From Candidatus Bathyarchaeia archaeon (GTDB lineage: Archaea; Thermoproteota; Bathyarchaeia; Bathyarchaeales; Bathycorpusculaceae), in the NCBI GenBank assembly GCA_049512935.1, contig JBEKWR010000005.1:32001-96000 (forward strand): a DNA stretch of 64,000 nucleotides. Reading direction: 5' to 3'. Below, piece after piece: positions 21,333 to 30,694 of this stretch; the first letter of the stretch is position 1; each line of letters begins with the position of its first letter. A program made the translations under genes and the position numbers. Below the pieces are notes generated by a model. That model saw only the letters and a program-made list of their open reading frames with translations, was not told where the DNA came from and made no database searches.

Positions 21333-22571
21333 TTAGGTTTTCTTTGTTTTTTCAGCCGGTTTTTGACCTGTCTTTTTTAAGGCGTTGTACATTCTCGTTT
21401 GAAGTCCCCAGAGTTCAATGAAGCCTTTGGAGTAGGACTGGTTGAACGTTGTTTTTATGTTGTAATTAGCCAAGTTCTTGTCGTAAAGCGACATCGCCGA
21501 TGAGCGTCCAATAACCTGCATGCCGCCTTTGTACAGCTTAAGTTTGACTTCCCCAGTCACGTTTTCCTGAGACTTGTTGATGAAAGCGTCAAGATCGTCT
21601 TTAAGAGGATCAACCCACAAGCCAGCGTAGGCTAAAAACACCCATTCCGCGTCAATCTGCTGCTTGAAGAGAACTTGGTGGCGGGTCATAACCATTTTTT
21701 CAAGGTCTTTGTGAGCCTCCAAAATCACAGTTGCGGCTGGACACTCATAGACTTCTCTTGATTTTATGCCCACCAGGCGGTCTTCAATGTGGTCTATGCG
21801 GCCGACGCCGTTTCTGCCAGCGATTTTATTCATCGCTTCGACCAGTCCAAGAGGCTTCATGTTTTCGCCATTAACCGCCACTGGCACTCCAGCCTCGAAC
21901 TTTAAGGTGACAAGTTCAGGCTTCTTCGGCGCCTTTTCGGGTGAAACCGTCCATTCGTAAGCGTCTTCAGGCGGCTCTTGACTTGCATCCTCCAGCAAAC
22001 CGCATTCGATTGCTCTTCCCCACACGCTTGCATCTATGCTGTATTTTTTGGCTGCGTTGGAGACGGGTATGCCTTTGGTTTTTGCGTAAGCGATTTCTTC
22101 TTCCCGGGTCATTCCCCACTCCCGTACTGGCGCGATGATTTTTTTGTCAGGTGCTAAGGAGCCGAGTGTAACGTCGAAGCGGACTTGATCGTTTCCTCTT
22201 CCCGTGCAGCCGTGTGCAAGGGCTGTTGCGCCTTCCTTTTCGGCTACTTCAACCATCTTGGATGCTATGAGCGGTCGCGACAGGCTCGTGCTTATGGGGT
22301 ACTTTCCCTCATAAAGAGCATTGGCTTTTATAGCTGGGAAAATGTAGTTTTCTGCAAACTCGTCTTTTGCGTCTATCGAAAAATGCTTCAGGACGCCGAG
22401 TTTCTTGGCTTTTTCCTCAGCGGCTTTGAGGTCTTCTTGCTGTCCGACATCAACGGTTACGGTTATTACTTGCGCGTTGTATTTTTCTTGGAGATACTTG
22501 ATCAGGACAGACGTGTCTAACCCGCCTGAGTACGCTAATACTATTTTTTCACTTATCTTTCGAGCCCCCAT
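21333..22571 (-). CDS. argG: Argininosuccinate synthase
   Basis: LAYSGGLDTS, AHGCTGRGNDQVRF, GIKSREVYE motifs. Confidence 0.98.
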   Translation of the reverse strand: MGARKISEKIVLAYSGGLDTSVLIKYLQEKYNAQVITVTVDVGQQEDLKAAEEKAKKLGVLKHFSIDAKDEFAENYIFPAIKANALYEGKYPISTSLSRPLIASKMVEVAEKEGATALAHGCTGRGNDQVRFDVTLGSLAPDKKIIAPVREWGMTREEEIAYAKTKGIPVSNAAKKYSIDASVWGRAIECGLLEDASQEPPEDAYEWTVSPEKAPKKPELVTLKFEAGVPVAVNGENMKPLGLVEAMNKIAGRNGVGRIDHIEDRLVGIKSREVYECPAATVILEAHKDLEKMVMTRHQVLFKQQIDAEWVFLAYAGLWVDPLKDDLDAFINKSQENVTGEVKLKLYKGGMQVIGRSSAMSLYDKNLANYNIKTTFNQSYSKGFIELWGLQTRMYNALKKTGQKPAEKTKKT

Positions 22572-22681
22572 TTTTTAGCTTAAACTATTTCCCTAACCTC
22601 GAACCCTGTCTTCTTAAACCTTGCGACTTTTTTGTCACTTAACAAAACTTAAATGTTCCATTTGATACACTTTGCAGTAAC

Positions 22682-23260
22682 ATGAGTGTAGCTAAAAACG
22701 TCAGAAATTACCTGCGAAACAAACCTTACCTACTTGAGGCGCTGGAAAAAGGCATCGTGAACCTAAGCGAGCTGGCGCGGCAAATACAGAAAGAACTGAA
22801 AGCCAACGATCCAAGCGCCATAAAGGCCGCCTTGCGCCGCTACTCGGAGGAACTACAGAAACACAAACAGAAAAGAGAAGAAAAAGTGCTTCACCTGCTT
22901 AAGCGTAGCAGCATAGCCGTTTACGACCGAAAATCAGTAATGATAACAGGAAAAGAATTTAACCAAAAAACCGGCTTGAAAGTGGATTTGCTCGACAAGT
23001 TCGTTTATTTGCTTGACAGAAACGATTTGCCTGAACGCATAAATGCCCTTGTGAAGCACGATAACTGCACAATGATCGTTGTTCATTCGCCTGAAGAGCT
23101 AGAGGCAACGCCGGGAGTTGTCGCCTTCATAGCTACACTCTTAGCTGAGCAAAGTGTGAACATAGTTGAGTTCATTTCCTGCTGGACTGAAACCATCATC
23201 GTCATCGAGAAAAAAGACAGCCTGAAAGTCTATGAGACTCTGTCTAATCTGGTGGGTTAA
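22682..23260 (+). CDS. ACT-domain protein with helical N-terminus (putative amino-acid-sensing regulator)
   Basis: C-terminal ACT PGVVAFIATLLAEQSVNIVEFISCWTE; N-terminal GIVNLSELARQI. Confidence 0.8.
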   Translation: MSVAKNVRNYLRNKPYLLEALEKGIVNLSELARQIQKELKANDPSAIKAALRRYSEELQKHKQKREEKVLHLLKRSSIAVYDRKSVMITGKEFNQKTGLKVDLLDKFVYLLDRNDLPERINALVKHDNCTMIVVHSPEELEATPGVVAFIATLLAEQSVNIVEFISCWTETIIVIEKKDSLKVYETLSNLVG

Positions 23261-23367
23261 ACGGGGCGATGCAAGCAGCAAAATTAATAATGCCTCAGAC
23301 GATAGTTCAGCTACAGCCTTCGCTTCATCGTCCAAATGGGGCATTCACTTGAAGGAGACTCGAAAAC

Positions 23368-24618
23368 ATGGTACATCAAGAATGCATAAACTGCAAGGAA
23401 CGGTACGACATTAACGATGTGGTTTACTTCTGCAGGAAATGCGGAGACATCCTTGAAATAAAATTCGATTTCAAAGAGTTAGCGCAAACCCTACAAAGGA
23501 GCGACTGGAAAACAAGGCCCCTGTCAGTTTGGCGATACCGCGACTTCATGCCTTTCCACGAAGCCACACGCATCGTAACTCTTAACGAAGGCGGCACTGG
23601 ACTGCACCGTTCCCAACGTTTAGGAGACGAAGTGGGCTTAAAAGAAGTGTACGTTAAAAACGAGGGAGAGAACCCGACAGGCAGCTTCAAAGACCGCGGC
23701 ATGACCGTCGGCGTCACAAAAGCCCTTGAACTGGGAGCAAGGCACGTTATTTGCGCTTCAACAGGCAACACCAGCGCAAGTTTAGCAGCTTACGCTGCCA
23801 GAGCGGGATTAAAATGCACCGTTCTCATTCCGTCGGGCAAGATTGCTTATGGCAAGCTGGCGCAAGCCATGATTCACGGTGCCAAAGTCCTGCAGGTCAG
23901 AGGCAACTTTGACCAAGCATTGGAATTCGTGCTTAAACTTGCTGAAAAGCACAAAAACATCTACCTTCTTAACTCGATTAACCCGTTCCGCATTGAAGGC
24001 CAAAAATCGTTGGGCTTCGAAATCTGCGAGCAACTAAACAACGAAGCTCCAGACAGAATCATCATACCCGTCGGCAACGCCGGCAACATAAGCGCCGTGT
24101 GGAAAGGCTTAACTGAATTCCACAAACTCGGCTACATAAGAAACCTGCCTAAAATGACAGGTATACAAGCAGTCGGCTCAGCACCCATAGCTCAAGCAAT
24201 CAAAACCAACAGCGACAAAATCATCCCCGTTGAACACCCCGAAACAATCGCCACCGCCATACGCATCGGCGCCCCAGTAAGCTGGAAAAAAGCCGTAAAC
24301 GCCATCCGCGAATCCCACGGCACCGCTGAAACCGTCACCGACGAGGAAATCTTGGATGCACAGAAAATGCTGGCGAGAATTGAAGGCATCTTTGTGGAGC
24401 CTGCTAGCGCGTCATCCATCGCGGGATTAAAGAAACTGGTTAAGAACGGCGTCATAGGCAAGGACGAGCGGGTTGTCTGCATAACCACGGGGCACGGGTT
24501 AAAAGATCCCGACACCGCAATCAAGCAATGCGAAAAACCAATAGAAGTCGACGCTGACATGCTAGCTATCGAAAATGCTCTGGGAATAAGACAAGAAAAA
24601 GTTATTCTTGCAAGGTGA
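23368..24618 (+). CDS. thrC: Threonine synthase
   Basis: NPTGSFKDRG, CASTGNTSAS, VEPASA motifs. Confidence 0.97.
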   Translation: MVHQECINCKERYDINDVVYFCRKCGDILEIKFDFKELAQTLQRSDWKTRPLSVWRYRDFMPFHEATRIVTLNEGGTGLHRSQRLGDEVGLKEVYVKNEGENPTGSFKDRGMTVGVTKALELGARHVICASTGNTSASLAAYAARAGLKCTVLIPSGKIAYGKLAQAMIHGAKVLQVRGNFDQALEFVLKLAEKHKNIYLLNSINPFRIEGQKSLGFEICEQLNNEAPDRIIIPVGNAGNISAVWKGLTEFHKLGYIRNLPKMTGIQAVGSAPIAQAIKTNSDKIIPVEHPETIATAIRIGAPVSWKKAVNAIRESHGTAETVTDEEILDAQKMLARIEGIFVEPASASSIAGLKKLVKNGVIGKDERVVCITTGHGLKDPDTAIKQCEKPIEVDADMLAIENALGIRQEKVILAR

Positions 24619-25670
24619 AAACAAAATTGAGGATAATCTTAGTTGGCTTCGGAGTAGTTGGAAAAAGCGTTACAACCATTCTAGCGAAAAGATACGCAGA
24701 GAAGGTTAAGGATTACGGGTTTAACCCTAAAATCGTCGCCATAGCTGACATAGACGGCGCGGTTATAAACCCGAAAGGTCTAAGCCCCGAAAAACTTGAC
24801 GAAATAAGACAAAAGGGATTTCCTATATCCAAAGACCCCGAGTTTGGTCACCCAGGAATGTCAGTGTTAGATGTTATCGACTCAGTCGAAGCAGAAGTAG
24901 TTGTCGAAGTGACTCCCGTTAACATCAAAAACGCTGAACCAGCCATCTCGCACATCACTAAAGCCTTCAAAACAGGAAAACATGTCGTCACAACTAACAA
25001 AGGGCCATTAGCCTTAGCAATGCCAGCCCTCACAGAACTAGCTGAATACAATAATGTTTACCTTCGATTCAGCGGAACCGTCGGCGGTGGAACACCCGTC
25101 CTTGAGTTTGCCAAGCGATGCTTGGCAGGAGACAAAATCTTAGCCATACGAGGCATACTAAACGGGACAACTAACTACATATTGACTGAAATGGCTCAGA
25201 ACCGCTTGACCTTCCAAGAAGCGCTGACAAATGCGCAGAAGCTCGGTTACGCCGAGCGAGAACCGTCCATGGATGTTGACGGGTTCGACGCCGCCTGCAA
25301 AGTAGTCATTCTGGCGAACTGGATATTGAACAAGAAAATAACGTTAAAAGACGTTGATATTACGGGCATCCGCGAGGTTTCTTTGCAAGCGCTTGATGAA
25401 GCTTCAAAGAGGGGAAACACAATCAAGCTCATAGGGTCAATAGACGGCGACGGAGCAGTGGTCAAACCCATGGAGATAGCGAAAAACAGCCCCTTGTGCG
25501 TCAGCGGAGTCCTAAATGCGGTAACTTTCTACACTGAATATGCGGGTGAGGAAACTATTATCGGTAAGGGCGCAGGTGGAATGGAAACTGCCAGTGCAGT
25601 TTTAAGAGACCTCTTAGATATAAGACATAAGTTAGCAGACCGAATGCTATATGAAAGCTCGGAGTCTTGA
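24615..25670 (+). CDS. hom: Homoserine dehydrogenase
   Basis: GFGVVG, TTNKGP, GILNGTTNYIL, GKGAGGMETA motifs. Confidence 0.97.
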   Translation: MKTKLRIILVGFGVVGKSVTTILAKRYAEKVKDYGFNPKIVAIADIDGAVINPKGLSPEKLDEIRQKGFPISKDPEFGHPGMSVLDVIDSVEAEVVVEVTPVNIKNAEPAISHITKAFKTGKHVVTTNKGPLALAMPALTELAEYNNVYLRFSGTVGGGTPVLEFAKRCLAGDKILAIRGILNGTTNYILTEMAQNRLTFQEALTNAQKLGYAEREPSMDVDGFDAACKVVILANWILNKKITLKDVDITGIREVSLQALDEASKRGNTIKLIGSIDGDGAVVKPMEIAKNSPLCVSGVLNAVTFYTEYAGEETIIGKGAGGMETASAVLRDLLDIRHKLADRMLYESSES

Positions 25671-27082
25671 AAATGAAAATAGTCATGAAGTTCGGCGGCA
25701 GCAGTGTAGCCACAGGAGAAAACATACGCCACGTAGGCGAGATAGTGACTCAAAACGCCAAGAACAATTGCAGAATCACTGTAGTTGTGTCAGCGTTAGC
25801 AGGAGTGACTAACAGCCTAATTGAAGTGGCTGAACAAGCAAAGAGAAGCGACGAAAAACATGTTGAAGCCTTCACCAAGGAACTTTTAGAGAAGCACCTA
25901 TCGGTAATCGAATCAGCTATAATTAGCAAGCCGATCCAGAAAGAAGTAACCCAGATCACGGAGAAAACCATCGCTGAACTGGAAAAAGTGTTAACAGGTA
26001 TATGCTACGTTGGCGAGCTGACGCCAAAATCAAAAGATTACGTCTTATCGTTCGGCGAGCGGCTGTCAGCGCCCATTGTTTGGGGAGCCCTAAAAGATCG
26101 CAAGCTGGAAACACAATGCTTCACAGGCAAAGAAGCAGGCATCGTAACAGACTCAAACTTCGGCGAAGCTGATCCCCTCATGAACTTTACCACACACCTA
26201 ATCCGAGAAAGGCTAAGTCCACTGCTAGAAAAAGGCGTCATCCCAGTTGTTACAGGTTACATAGCCGCGGATCAAAACGGAGTTGTGACAACGGTTGGAA
26301 GGGGCGGGTCAGATTACACCGCAACAATTTTGGGCGTTGCATTAGGCGTTGACGAAGTCTGGATATGGACGGACGTAGACGGCATAATGACCACTGACCC
26401 AAAAATAGTTCCCGCCGCCAAAATGCTACCGCAACTGAGCTATCAAGAAGCTGCGGAAATGGCGATTTTCGGCGCAAAAGCCATGCACCCACGAGCTCTG
26501 GAACCCGTAATTAAGGAAAACGTGCCAGTGAGGATACGCAGCGTTTTTCACCCAGAAAACCAAGGCACGTTGATTACTGGAGAACCCGACGCGAACGCAA
26601 AAGAAGTCGTTAAAGCCGTAGCAATGATAAAGGATGTTGCCATGCTAAACGTCAGCGGCGCCGGAATGGTAGGTGCTCCTGGAAGCTACGCGAAAGTCTT
26701 TGATGTACTGGGAAAAAACAACATTAACGTGATGATGATATCCACCGCCGCCTCAGAAGCCAACATATCAATGGTTATCCGAAGAGGGCTCTTGGGCAGA
26801 GCAATAAGCAACCTTGAAATCGCCTTGCTCGACAGAGGCGGCTTAGTAAGCGACATCTCATCGGAAGACGACGTCGCGGTCATCGCGGTTGTTGGCGCCA
26901 ACATGAAGGGCACCTTGGGCGTAGCCTCAAAAATATTCACAACCGTTGCGAAGAAAGGCATAAACATCCGCATGATCGCGCAAGGCTCGTCGGAGCTGAA
27001 CATTTCTTTTGTCGTCAAAGAAAAAGACGGAGAAGCAGTAGTCCGAGCAATCCACGAAGCATTCAACCTTGACAAAATATAG
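25667..27082 (+). CDS. lysC: Aspartate kinase
   Basis: MKFGGSSV, GRGGSDYTA, WTDVDG..DPK, two ACT domains. Confidence 0.96.
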   Translation: MKMKIVMKFGGSSVATGENIRHVGEIVTQNAKNNCRITVVVSALAGVTNSLIEVAEQAKRSDEKHVEAFTKELLEKHLSVIESAIISKPIQKEVTQITEKTIAELEKVLTGICYVGELTPKSKDYVLSFGERLSAPIVWGALKDRKLETQCFTGKEAGIVTDSNFGEADPLMNFTTHLIRERLSPLLEKGVIPVVTGYIAADQNGVVTTVGRGGSDYTATILGVALGVDEVWIWTDVDGIMTTDPKIVPAAKMLPQLSYQEAAEMAIFGAKAMHPRALEPVIKENVPVRIRSVFHPENQGTLITGEPDANAKEVVKAVAMIKDVAMLNVSGAGMVGAPGSYAKVFDVLGKNNINVMMISTAASEANISMVIRRGLLGRAISNLEIALLDRGGLVSDISSEDDVAVIAVVGANMKGTLGVASKIFTTVAKKGINIRMIAQGSSELNISFVVKEKDGEAVVRAIHEAFNLDKI

Positions 27083-27119
27083 GGATTTCGGGGCTTGGAA
27101 AAGCCTCGAGCTTTTTGTT

Positions 27120-27638
27120 TTACTGCTGATATGGCGCTGTGTTCTGCGTCCAGCGGTCTCGCCGATATTTGCGTCTTGCCCGCCAGAATAGCATTCGAGC
27201 CACAAACATCACGATTAAAACAACCAGCAGGATGAGGAGGATTTCGCCTGGAAAGTACCCCGCTCCGTGGTAAACGTAGAGGTAAAACAGCAGAAGACCG
27301 ATGACGATGATGCCGATCGGCAGCATGAGTAAAATTCCGCCGTAACGCATCCAGCCTGGAGCACCGCCTTGCCTACCATAGCCGCCGCTTCCGCCAGCCA
27401 TGTTAGCGCGTTGTTCCTGGATTTGTTTAAGCCGCTCTTCGTTGAGGTAGTATTTGCCGTTTACTTCCACAATAATGCCCGATTGTCCGAGTCTTCGCTG
27501 CATTGCTTGTTCAAATCGAGGCGGCAAACCCAGTTCTTGGATTGTCATTGCTTTTTCGGGGGCTGTGGCTCCTTTTTCCCTGAACTTCTGAATTATTTCT
27601 TGCAGTCGTCTGCGTCTTTGGTCTTGGTTGTTGAACAT
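27120..27638 (-). CDS. Membrane protein with wHTH-like N-terminus, Gly linker and two TM helices
   Basis: Soluble N-terminus ending GKYYLNE, then GGSGGYG, two hydrophobic segments and a basic tail. Confidence 0.75.
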   Translation of the reverse strand: MFNNQDQRRRRLQEIIQKFREKGATAPEKAMTIQELGLPPRFEQAMQRRLGQSGIIVEVNGKYYLNEERLKQIQEQRANMAGGSGGYGRQGGAPGWMRYGGILLMLPIGIIVIGLLLFYLYVYHGAGYFPGEILLILLVVLIVMFVARMLFWRARRKYRRDRWTQNTAPYQQ

Positions 27639-27926
27639 TTAGGTTTCCTCCATGGCGTGTTTTTCAGGCTTTTCTTCCGTTGCAGTGTCGAGTCCCTGCA
27701 TTATTTTTTCTGCAAGTTCTCTCATCGCGTCGGCTTTAACCATGGTGATGCCTCGGCGGTTTCTGCCTGTCATGACGAAGAGCATGTCGCCTGGTTTGAT
27801 GTCTAGTTCTTTGCGGGCGTCGGCTGGGATGACTACTTGTCCTCTTTCGCCGACTTTTACGGTTCCGTACAGTCGCCCTTCATGTTTTGTTTCAGTCATA
27901 AACAGCACACTTTTCCTACATTTCAT
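27639..27926 (-). CDS. AbrB/MazE/SpoVT family DNA-binding protein
   Basis: GTVKVGERGQVVIPADARKELDIKPGD motif. Confidence 0.93.
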   Translation of the reverse strand: MKCRKSVLFMTETKHEGRLYGTVKVGERGQVVIPADARKELDIKPGDMLFVMTGRNRRGITMVKADAMRELAEKIMQGLDTATEEKPEKHAMEET

Positions 27927-27979
27927 ACATGGCGTTTTGTATTTAAGAATTACGCCGCTGACGCCTCGGCTCTAAGTTT

Positions 27980-28150
27980 AGTGTTGGGGGTTTGGCTTTT
28001 TTGTGGTCTGTGTTTTGGGTTGTTTTTTTGGTTTGGTGTTTGAGGCGTTGGCGGGTTGCGACCCGTAGCGACCCTGCCCGACTCGTAGCGACCCTAAACG
28101 ACCCATTTCGTCCCTAATTGACCCAGCCCGTCCTTTCCCCACCCGCGCGT
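27980..28150 (-). repeat. 10-bp-period GGG(T/A)C array plus C/A-rich tail (dispersed element, copy 2, inverted)
   Basis: Nine phased decamers at 28061-28150 (acccgtagcg accctgcccg actcgtagcg accctaaacg acccatttcg...); minus-strand tail caaacaccaaaccaaaaaaacaacccaaaac matches 15272-15302. Confidence 0.8.
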
Positions 28151-28349
28151 TTGCCGTGCGAGTAACTCTGATTGTACACACGTTAAGGTCTGTACAACAG
28201 CAAAAATTAGGGTTTGACGTTTTGTTACACGCTACCGACAGGGTTTTTTGGAAAAAACCTTTTAAAGTTTTCTATGGATCGATACTGTTAAGTTATTTGA
28301 CCCAACATGCTAAAACCTGATTTAAAAAAAACCTCGGGGTTAAGAAAGG

Positions 28350-28667
28350 TTAGCGCTGTGTTTCTTTGTAAATCTGTTGAGCTGCTTTATCCCACCACTT
28401 TGGGTAATCTTCTGGCATGTCCTCGCCACCATATATTTTTTTCAAAGTCAAAACCTTTGTAAGCGTAGAACTCGCAGTTTCACTCCCTTCTTCGGTAGTT
28501 CTCAAAAGAAACACTAGCCTTCCAATTCTAATTTGCATTCCTTCGAGCCGCTGGGGGTCAAGGTCTGAACCGCAGAAGGGACATTCTTTCTCGTCTTTTA
28601 TTTTGCCAGATTGAACGGATTCGTGTATTAGCTCAAAAAATTGCTTTGAATTAGTCTTTGTGCTCAA
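28350..28667 (-). CDS. Hypothetical protein with CxxC (ECPFCG)
   Basis: 105-aa ORF, last of four tightly packed co-directional genes. Confidence 0.65.
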   Translation of the reverse strand: MSTKTNSKQFFELIHESVQSGKIKDEKECPFCGSDLDPQRLEGMQIRIGRLVFLLRTTEEGSETASSTLTKVLTLKKIYGGEDMPEDYPKWWDKAAQQIYKETQR

Positions 28668-28676
28668 TTTATCGCC

Positions 28677-28913
28677 TCACTCTTTTATGAGTTCCATTGC
28701 TATGATGTTCCAAGGAATCGTTTTAATTTCAAAGTTTTCCTCTTTGTAAGTTATGCTCATCAATTCTAAAGTCTCTGTTTTAGTTCCGCCTTTCAAGTAT
28801 TCCTTTACCTTTTTGACTGATGGTGATAACTCATTGAAGACCATCATCGAATTTGCTTTTGCCTCTTTGTTCAAAAGGACATAAAATGTACTGTCCTTAA
28901 CTTGAAACTCCAT
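28677..28913 (-). CDS. Hypothetical protein
   Basis: 78-aa ORF, 2-nt gap to the upstream gene. Confidence 0.7.
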   Translation of the reverse strand: MEFQVKDSTFYVLLNKEAKANSMMVFNELSPSVKKVKEYLKGGTKTETLELMSITYKEENFEIKTIPWNIIAMELIKE

Positions 28914-28915
28914 TT

Positions 28916-29473
28916 TTATTTTTCATCCTCCGTTTTGTCTTCTAATTCTAACATTTTCCTTCTTTTTTCTATATAATCTAATTCTTGTCTAATATTTAGA
29001 CCATCAAAGGTTAAACCGAAATCCTGTCCATCTCGAAGGCGAGTTATCGCTCTGTTTAATGCCTCTCGAAGAACATCATGGTCATAGGATTCAAATTGTC
29101 TAAAACTAGGTTCAACCCATTCGCCGCTATGATGCGACTTAGGTAAAACGAAATAAAATCCATCCTTATGTAATTTTCCAATTGCATATTGCCAACTGTT
29201 TTCGTCTCTTACGGTTGTAGGAATATGTACGTAACTCAGAAAACGTTTTGAATCGTTCGAATATGCTCTTATTGTTTGATATACGTTATAATATTCCGTA
29301 TCAAAATCATTTGCAAGGTCTCTTATTCTAAAACTTTGTATGTTCGGAGGATGTTTACGCAAATAAATGGTAAGTAGGTAATAATACCTACTACATCTCC
29401 TAGTTGTGCGCAGATTTTTTGGTACATTTTCCCAAGGACAATTCCTATAGACATCATAGGGAGTTTTTGGCAA
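28916..29473 (-). CDS. Hypothetical protein (possible wHTH)
   Basis: 185-aa ORF; FRIRDLANDFDTEYYNVYQTIR resembles a helix-turn-helix. Confidence 0.7.
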   Translation of the reverse strand: MPKTPYDVYRNCPWENVPKNLRTTRRCSRYYYLLTIYLRKHPPNIQSFRIRDLANDFDTEYYNVYQTIRAYSNDSKRFLSYVHIPTTVRDENSWQYAIGKLHKDGFYFVLPKSHHSGEWVEPSFRQFESYDHDVLREALNRAITRLRDGQDFGLTFDGLNIRQELDYIEKRRKMLELEDKTEDEK

Positions 29474-29481
29474 TTAAGCAC

Positions 29482-30525
29482 TCACGTGTCTAACACTTTC
29501 ACATTTCCCAACTTTCTTAACAGTTCACCAATTCTGTTTTGAAGGCGGGTTAATAGTGTTAGCATCTCTTCCTTTTGCTTCGCATTTAACTCATTTAAAG
29601 CGTCAGGGTTTATACTGAGCAACTCATTAGAAGGGTTTCTGACCTTATCAATTAACCATTGACCCTGAACAACAAACTGCCTTTCAACAAAAGCTTCTTT
29701 CCCTTCTTCCCGTGAACGCTTAATATCATGAACTCTTGCAGTTACTTCATCTTCTGTCAGACGAAGTTGAACTGCTTCTTTAAGAACTTCTTCTTGGTCC
29801 TCTTTTGAAGGTAATTTTTCGACAATTGTCTCTGCCATTTTCGGCGTAATATGAGACTTTGGTTTCAGCAATTCTCTCTTAACCGATTCTGAAGCTTTCT
29901 TAACAACTTTAGAAACTACATAAACATCTCGTGCTTTTATTTCGTCAGCATCCACTTTTTCAATAATTCGTCTCCTAACCGCTGGTTCAAGTCCCTTAGA
30001 TTCTTTAATAACATATGTAGATGCTGATGCCACCGCGGTGGCATCTTTTTCTTTATGTCTAAAATCCCAAGCCTCAAGGTCATTATCTACTCTGTCAACC
30101 GTTGTTCCTAAAAGCTGAGCAAAGTTTGCTTTCTGCTCCACACCTAACGTCTTTCTCTTTTCCCATAAATCGTGGACTGCATTTTCTCTTTCTCTGTCGC
30201 TCAAGTCTAGTCTATGCAAATTCTCAACTAATGATTCAAGTAAGATCCTATTTTCCACGACATCTTTGACCACGGCAGGAATTGTTTTTACGTTTGCCAT
30301 TCGTGTGGCTCGCCAACGCCTTTCCCCCGCAATTATCTCATAATTGGCTCCATGTTTTCGGACAACAATGGGCTGGATAATTCCGCCATGTTTAATGGAC
30401 TCAGAAAGTTCTTGAAGGGATTCCTTTTCAAATTGTTCTCTCGGCTGGAATGGGTTTGGGCGGATTTGGTCAACATCAATATACTCTAATTTCATTCGAT
30501 TTTCCGTCATTTTTATTTTCTCCAA
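29482..30525 (-). CDS. ParB/Spo0J-family protein with long helical C-terminus
   Basis: PNPFQPR, GIIQPIVVR, YEIIAGERRWRA, LVENLHRLDLS motifs. Confidence 0.93.
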   Translation of the reverse strand: MEKIKMTENRMKLEYIDVDQIRPNPFQPREQFEKESLQELSESIKHGGIIQPIVVRKHGANYEIIAGERRWRATRMANVKTIPAVVKDVVENRILLESLVENLHRLDLSDRERENAVHDLWEKRKTLGVEQKANFAQLLGTTVDRVDNDLEAWDFRHKEKDATAVASASTYVIKESKGLEPAVRRRIIEKVDADEIKARDVYVVSKVVKKASESVKRELLKPKSHITPKMAETIVEKLPSKEDQEEVLKEAVQLRLTEDEVTARVHDIKRSREEGKEAFVERQFVVQGQWLIDKVRNPSNELLSINPDALNELNAKQKEEMLTLLTRLQNRIGELLRKLGNVKVLDT

Positions 30526-30629
30526 TGATTACTCAATAAGAGTTTGGTGCCTTTAATTTTTGCGTTTAGTCGTTAACTTCTTTGGAAGTAAGTATTATAT
30601 AAAATCTAGCAAAGGTGAAAGTGTTTTTT

Positions 30630-30692
30630 GGTATCCTCAGGATATACTAAAAGCATACACTGTGGTATACATTAGGATACCTGAGGAATACC
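30630..30692. repeat. Imperfect inverted repeat immediately upstream of the transposase start
   Basis: ggtatcctcaggatatactaa ... ttaggatacctgaggaatacc. Confidence 0.6.
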
Positions 30693-30694
30693 AA

